DNA from: Nostoc sp. PCC 7120 = FACHB-418
GTDB taxonomy: Bacteria > Cyanobacteriota > Cyanobacteriia > Cyanobacteriales > Nostocaceae
NCBI RefSeq assembly: GCF_000009705.1
Contig: NC_003272.1
Coordinates: 3,060,001 to 3,092,000 of the forward strand
Direction: 5' to 3'
Length of the DNA: 32,000 bases
Shown here: positions 27,259 to 32,000 of the stretch, piece after piece
Position numbering within the stretch: position 1 is the first letter of the stretch
Layout of the letters: each line of letters starts with the position of its first letter
Notes under the pieces: generated by a model
Seen by the model: only the letters and a program-made list of their open reading frames with translations
Database searches by the model: none
What the model was told of the DNA's origin: nothing
Program-made: the position numbers and the translations under genes

Positions 27259-28230
27259 ATGAACAAAATTTTCTGTGCTGAGGAATCTTGTCAAGCAAAA
27301 GAAGACCCCATTGGTACTGCCATAAATCGCCGATACTATATCTTAATTGAAGTTCCACCACCTTGGACATCTCAACCCCTAGATTCCAAAAATATTCCCA
27401 GTAAATTACAAGATTTACAATCAGATATTGATGAAGCGGCTTGTTATATAAGGTTTGTGTTTATTTACAATGCCAATTATTACCAAAGTGGGCAAACTCG
27501 GTTAATTATCTATTACCAGACAGAAGAAATATATTCAGGGTATAGCAAGAAAGAATATATCCTATCAGATATTAATGATGCAGTACCAATCATCCAAAAG
27601 TGCATCAAAAATGAAACTCTAGAATCTGAAGACACCAATATTCAAACTAGAGATTTTTTAGTATGTACTCATGGTAGTCATGATAAATGCTGTGCTAAAT
27701 ATGGCAATCCTTTTTATCATCAAGCCTTAGCAAAAGTAGAAGATTTATCATTATCTCATGTGCGAGTTTGGCAAAGCAGTCATTTTGGTGGACATCGTTT
27801 TGCACCAACTATGATTGAGCTTCCAGAAGGCAGATATTACGCTAGGTTAGACCAAAAATCTTTTACTTCTATCTTGACACGAACGGGCGATATCCAATGT
27901 TTAAAAAAAGTCTATCGTGGTTGGGGTATCTTACCTTGGCAAGTGCAAATATTAGAAAGAGAGTTGATGCTCAAATATAATTGGGATTGGTTTAATTACA
28001 AAGTGCAAGGTCATGTAATTGAGCAAAACGAGGATGAAACTTTTAGTCAAGTAGAAATAAAGTTTACCACACCTGATGGCATAGTTGGCTGTTATAGATG
28101 TAATGTGATTGAAGATGAAAATAAAAGTGTAGTTTTTAGGGCAGAATGCGGCAATACTGAATTAGTAAAGATTTCTCAATTTAGCATTACAGAACTTGTT
28201 GATATAGCCACATCATTAATCGCAGTTTAA
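27259..28230 (+). CDS. Sucrase/ferredoxin-like (thioredoxin-like 2Fe-2S, Apd1/Aim32-type) protein
   Basis: ATG at 27259 (MNKIFCAEE). Motifs CTHGSHDKCC (Cys-x8-Cys) and SSHFGGHRFAP (HxGGH), the ligand pattern described for bis-histidinyl 2Fe-2S proteins of this family. Confidence 0.78.
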   Translation: MNKIFCAEESCQAKEDPIGTAINRRYYILIEVPPPWTSQPLDSKNIPSKLQDLQSDIDEAACYIRFVFIYNANYYQSGQTRLIIYYQTEEIYSGYSKKEYILSDINDAVPIIQKCIKNETLESEDTNIQTRDFLVCTHGSHDKCCAKYGNPFYHQALAKVEDLSLSHVRVWQSSHFGGHRFAPTMIELPEGRYYARLDQKSFTSILTRTGDIQCLKKVYRGWGILPWQVQILERELMLKYNWDWFNYKVQGHVIEQNEDETFSQVEIKFTTPDGIVGCYRCNVIEDENKSVVFRAECGNTELVKISQFSITELVDIATSLIAV

Positions 28231-28245
28231 TTAATCATCAGGAAA

Positions 28246-29232
28246 ATGTCAATTAAAAATAATTTATTTATCAGGGTATTTACCTTCCTGCACCATATAC
28301 TTAATTATCATCAAATTAAGTTAATTTTATTCAGCATCATCACAGCTTTAATAGTTATCGGCTGTGAAATGAGTACACCAAACAATGTCACTATAAATTC
28401 TGTGAATGCAACTTCAGAAATGCGCGTAGTTAAACATACTATGGGCGAAACAAAAATACCTTTGCGTCCACAGAGGGTAGTTGTACTAGGTGGCTTAGAT
28501 AATATTTTAGCTTTAGGGGTAAAACCAATAGCAGCTACAACATTCAGTGATGATAACTTTGCTGATTACTTACAAGATGTAACATCAGGAATTGAAAAAA
28601 TTGGTATTAATGGTCAACCAAATCTAGAAAAGATTTTATATCTCAAACCAGACTTAATTTTAGGTTTTTCTTGGGATGCTGAATTATATGGACAACTATC
28701 GCAAATTGCCCCAACAGTATTGGCAGATCAAGATAGCGATTGGAAAGATTGGTTAAAGAAATATGCGGAAGCAGTTGGAGAAACAGCAAAAGCTGAAAAA
28801 TTGTTGCAAGAATATGATCAAAGAATGGAAAGCCTGCGTCAACAAATGGGAGATACCCTTTCCCAAACCAAAGTATCTTTAGTCAACTTTTGGGCTAATT
28901 TTACTCGTCTTTATATGAATAATTCCTTTGGTGGATCAATCCTCAAAGAAATCGGTTTACCTCGTCCTAAATATCAAGATAAAGATAAAAATCACGAAAA
29001 TATCTCTTTAGAATTAATTCCTCAGATCAATGGTGATGTTATTTTCTTAATTCTTGGAGGACACAATGAATCAAGGTTGAAACAATTTACCAATCATCCT
29101 TTGTGGTCGCAGTTACAAGCTGTACAAAAAAATCAGGTTTATCCAGTTACAGGTGATGTTTGGATTTCTGCATGGGGAATCATTGGAGCTAATCTTGTTT
29201 TGGATGACTTATTCAAATATTTGCTTGAGTAA
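28246..29232 (+). CDS. fecB: Iron-siderophore ABC transporter substrate-binding lipoprotein (FecB/FhuD family)
   Basis: 328 aa with lipobox IVIGC. Cluster-A binding-protein pattern (RVVVLGGLDNILALGVKPI, LKPDLILG, HPLWSQLQAVQKNQVYPV). The symbol is family-level. Confidence 0.86.
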   Translation: MSIKNNLFIRVFTFLHHILNYHQIKLILFSIITALIVIGCEMSTPNNVTINSVNATSEMRVVKHTMGETKIPLRPQRVVVLGGLDNILALGVKPIAATTFSDDNFADYLQDVTSGIEKIGINGQPNLEKILYLKPDLILGFSWDAELYGQLSQIAPTVLADQDSDWKDWLKKYAEAVGETAKAEKLLQEYDQRMESLRQQMGDTLSQTKVSLVNFWANFTRLYMNNSFGGSILKEIGLPRPKYQDKDKNHENISLELIPQINGDVIFLILGGHNESRLKQFTNHPLWSQLQAVQKNQVYPVTGDVWISAWGIIGANLVLDDLFKYLLE

Positions 29233-29356
29233 TTACAGCGCTTAATCTATATAAAATGTTTCTTCACTGCGCTGAGGACTCTGCACCCTGCAAAAAGCCG
29301 CAGAGGCTTCTACAAAATGACAATTCTATAGCTTTTGCGACTTTTAAAACATCCTC

Positions 29357-30154
29357 TTACAATTGCTTTTCTCCCTTGCGTCCTATTGGTACACACATTG
29401 GTGTTCCTACAACAGGGTCAGAAACAATACGACACTGTAAGCCAAAAACCTCTTGTACCATTTCTTCAGTCATTACATCTTTTGGTTCTCCAGCCGTGAA
29501 AATTCTGCCTTGTTTCACGACAACCAGATAATCTGCATAACGACAAGCCTGGTTTAAATCATGCAGCACCATGACAATAGTTCTCTCTTGATGCTGATTC
29601 AATTCGTATAACAAATCCAACACTTCTATCTGATGTGCTAAATCTAAAAAAGTGGTGGGTTCATCTAACAATAAAATATCTGTATCTTGTGCCAGTGCCA
29701 TTGCAATCCAAGCACGTTGGCGTTGTCCACCAGATAAGGTGTCTAAGGCCCTATCTGCCAAGGATAATAAATTGGTAATCTCTAGCGCCTGTTGGACAAT
29801 TATTTCATCTTTTTCTGACCACTGCTGCAACCAGTTTTGATAAGGATAACGTCCTTGTCCTACTAAGTCTTTGACTGTTAATCCTTCTGGCGCAACTGGA
29901 CCTTGAGGCAAGATTCCTAATTGCTTTGCTACTTCCTTTGTTGCCAGACTAAAAATAGATTGTCCATCTAAATGAACTGTCCCACCATAGGGTTTAAGTA
30001 GTCTGGCTAAACCTCGTAGTAAAGTTGATTTACCGCAACCATTTGCACCAACCAAAGCACTAATTTTACCAGTAGGAATTGCCAAATTCAAGTCACGGAT
30101 AATTGGGACACCATCATAAGCTAAAGACAGACTTTGAGTTGATAATCCTTTCAT
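29357..30154 (-). CDS. fecE: Iron-siderophore ABC transporter ATP-binding protein
   Basis: Walker [10 protein letters not shown], signature LSGGQRQR, Walker [10 protein letters not shown] prefer the start at 30154 ([15 protein letters not shown]). An alternative ATG at 30226 would translate the heptamer array. Confidence 0.9.
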   Translation of the reverse strand: MKGLSTQSLSLAYDGVPIIRDLNLAIPTGKISALVGANGCGKSTLLRGLARLLKPYGGTVHLDGQSIFSLATKEVAKQLGILPQGPVAPEGLTVKDLVGQGRYPYQNWLQQWSEKDEIIVQQALEITNLLSLADRALDTLSGGQRQRAWIAMALAQDTDILLLDEPTTFLDLAHQIEVLDLLYELNQHQERTIVMVLHDLNQACRYADYLVVVKQGRIFTAGEPKDVMTEEMVQEVFGLQCRIVSDPVVGTPMCVPIGRKGEKQL

Positions 30155-30167
30155 ATTGGCTATTTTT

Positions 30168-30205
30168 TGAGTGTTGACTGTTGAGTGTTGACTGTTGAGT
30201 GTTAA
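30168..30205. repeat. STRR3-like heptamer array (CAACAGT/CAACACT alternating on the minus strand)
   Basis: On the plus strand it reads TGAGTGTTGACTGT x2 followed by TGAGTGTT. CAACAGT is the STRR3 heptamer described in heterocystous cyanobacteria. Confidence 0.75.
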
Positions 30206-30263
30206 ACGGGCGGGTTTAACCGACATATGTGTTTTCTGTGTGAATATCTCACAGAACCCATCC

Positions 30264-31304
30264 CTACTTCTTGCGATTACGAATTAACAAATAGAGGAAA
30301 TAAGGCGCACCGACGGCAGCTGTCACTACGCCACAAGGAATTTCGATAGGTGCAAAGAGGGTTCGTCCCAAGAAGTCTGCCACAACAACAAGCATCCCTC
30401 CCAACAACGCAGAGGTAGGGAGCAAGCCTTGATGATTTGTACCTACTAACTGTCTGCCTAAATGGGGTGCTATTAATCCTACAAAACCAATCATTCCGGC
30501 TGTGGCGACTCCTGCACCTGCCAATGCTACACCTACTAGCACTAGCAAACCACGCTGCCATTCCACACGAGTACCTAAACCTTTGGCAACATCATCTCCC
30601 AAATTTAAGGTGTTCAAATGTCTGGCTAATGTCAACGCCATCGGGACAAAAACGATTAACCAAGGTAAGAAGGAAAAGACTTGTTCCCAGGTGCGTCCGT
30701 AGACACTACCCGCTAACCATACCAAAGCGTCACTGACGCTATAGATATCGCCAAAGGTAATCATCAAGCTGGTGAAAGCACCTGCGATCGCAGATAATCC
30801 CACACCCATTAAAATAAACAAAACGGGGGAACTACCATTGTTCCAAGCTAAGGAGTAAATTAAACCAGCCATTAATAAAGCACCTGCAAAGGCTGATAAA
30901 GGCAAAGTGTAAATGGGCGCTGAGGGAAATAGGACAATTACTGTAACTGCTGCTAGACTTGCCCCGGCATTAATGCCAATAATACCGGGATCAGCTAGTG
31001 GGTTGCGTGTGATGCCTTGAAAGATAGTCCCGGCAACGGCTAGTGCCACTCCTACCATGCAAGCGACAAGGGTACGGGGTAGACGCAGGTTGTAAATCAC
31101 AAAAGCATGATCTGGGTTGCCTGTATCTATACCTAATACTGTTTTGATGATATCTAAGGGCGCAATGGGATATTCACCCCGCCCTAAGTTCATTACCATC
31201 GCTACCACAATAGCCACTACCAAACATAGCAATATTGGTGGTACACGTCGGTCAATCCGCAAAGACATGGTTTCGGAACGGATGACGAGCCAATCAACCT
31301 TCAT
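30264..31304 (-). CDS. fecD: Iron-siderophore ABC transporter permease (FecCD family)
   Basis: 346 aa and polytopic. Motif [18 protein letters not shown]. The start overlaps the stop of the upstream permease gene (ATGA at 31301-31304). Confidence 0.9.
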   Translation of the reverse strand: MKVDWLVIRSETMSLRIDRRVPPILLCLVVAIVVAMVMNLGRGEYPIAPLDIIKTVLGIDTGNPDHAFVIYNLRLPRTLVACMVGVALAVAGTIFQGITRNPLADPGIIGINAGASLAAVTVIVLFPSAPIYTLPLSAFAGALLMAGLIYSLAWNNGSSPVLFILMGVGLSAIAGAFTSLMITFGDIYSVSDALVWLAGSVYGRTWEQVFSFLPWLIVFVPMALTLARHLNTLNLGDDVAKGLGTRVEWQRGLLVLVGVALAGAGVATAGMIGFVGLIAPHLGRQLVGTNHQGLLPTSALLGGMLVVVADFLGRTLFAPIEIPCGVVTAAVGAPYFLYLLIRNRKK

Positions 31305-32000
31305 TTCTTCACCTTTGATTTAGCCAAGTAAACAAAAAAGGGTGCGCCAACCAATGCTGTCATTACTCCCACAGGTAATTCCTGGGGTTTGAGTAATACA
31401 CGGGCCGCCACATCTGCAACTAAAAGTAAAGTTGCACCGACGACTGCGGAGTATGGCAAAATCCAACGATAATCAGCTTTGATGAAAAATCTCACCATGT
31501 GAGGCACGACTAAGCCAATAAAGCCAATTGGCCCAGCCAGAGATACGGAACTTCCCGCCAGTAAAACCACGCTGATGGCAGTTGTAATTTTCACCCAAGC
31601 AGTCTGTTGACCCAAGCCTTTAGCCATATCTTCACCCAGACTCATGGTTGTAATTTGTCTACCCAGAGCAAAGGCTACTACTAAGCCAATCATGACGAAA
31701 GGTAAGGCTGACAATAAGATGTTGAAATCTCGTCCAGCCAAAGAACCAGCTAACCAAAATCTAATTTCTTCTAAGGTGCGTTGACTAACGATGAGAATAG
31801 CAGTGGTGAGGGAAGAAATCAGTGCTGTCAACGCCGCACCTGCTACGGTGAGATTTAATGGTGTAGCTCCTCCCTTCCCTAAAGACCCAAGGAAGTAGAC
31901 TAACATCGCTGTGACTCCTGCACCCAAAAAGGCCACAGTGGTTAACAAACCCAAGGAGGAGCTGCCAAACACGAAAATTGTTGTAACTACAGCTAATGCG
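31301..32000 (-). CDS. fecC: Iron-siderophore ABC transporter permease (FecCD family), 5' end beyond the window
   Basis: Polytopic FecCD-type sequence ([12 protein letters not shown]..., [17 protein letters not shown]). The frame stays open to the window edge. Confidence 0.88.
   Translation of the reverse strand, partial: ALAVVTTIFVFGSSSLGLLTTVAFLGAGVTAMLVYFLGSLGKGGATPLNLTVAGAALTALISSLTTAILIVSQRTLEEIRFWLAGSLAGRDFNILLSALPFVMIGLVVAFALGRQITTMSLGEDMAKGLGQQTAWVKITTAISVVLLAGSSVSLAGPIGFIGLVVPHMVRFFIKADYRWILPYSAVVGATLLLVADVAARVLLKPQELPVGVMTALVGAPFFVYLAKSKVKK

Noticed and set aside
29233-29356. Possible structured element or small gene in the convergent spacer between fecB and fecE, including ORF 29256-29531
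   Set aside because: The ORF runs antisense into the ATPase gene. The spacer contains repeat-like strings (CTGCGCTGAGGACTCTGCACCCTGCAAAAAGCCGCAGAGGC), but I could not define a convincing stem or terminator.

Overview
Chromosomal window from a filamentous cyanobacterium of the Nostoc/Anabaena type. Evidence: many GCGATCGC (HIP1) octamers, heptamer STRR-like arrays, and dispersed palindromes in the spacers. The gene order matches what I recall of the all2563-all2586 region of Nostoc sp. PCC 7120, but this is from memory and unverified.

There are three blocks.

(1) 1-9.1 kb: a minus-strand sugar-catabolic module of phosphoketolase, Gap1, pyruvate kinase and transaldolase, followed by acetate kinase. 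It is interrupted by two plus-strand paralogous genes. Each encodes a secreted protein with a conserved leader and an extremely Arg-rich repetitive tail.

(2) 9.7-17.3 kb: mixed accessory genes. These are a ComB-like phosphatase, a translationally coupled BlaI/CopY repressor plus BlaR1/M56 protease pair (PetR/PetP-like), a BON lipoprotein, a histidine-kinase-like protein with a degenerate ATP-binding domain, a secreted retropepsin-like protease, and an orphan 4-TM SLATT/DUF4231 protein behind a very AT-rich spacer.

(3) 17.7-32 kb: an iron-siderophore uptake region.
- Two paralogous AraC/PchR-type regulators.
- One intact AMIN-domain TonB-dependent receptor.
- A Suc_Fer-like (Apd1/Aim32-type Cys/His 2Fe-2S motif) gene next to a FecB/FhuD-like binding protein.
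- A convergent fecCDE-like ABC transporter.
- A decayed segment holding two Rpn/PD-(D/E)XK + DUF4351-like genes (one with an in-frame stop near its 5' end), a BrnA-antitoxin remnant, and a single ORF that fuses a TonB-dependent receptor N-terminus to the C-lobe of a siderophore-binding protein.

No rRNA, tRNA, CRISPR array or bounded IS element was seen. The leads I rate highest are the Arg-rich secreted pair, the orphan SLATT protein, the receptor::binding-protein chimera, the Suc_Fer-like gene as a candidate ferric-siderophore reductase, and a shared ATTTGCAAAT promoter motif.
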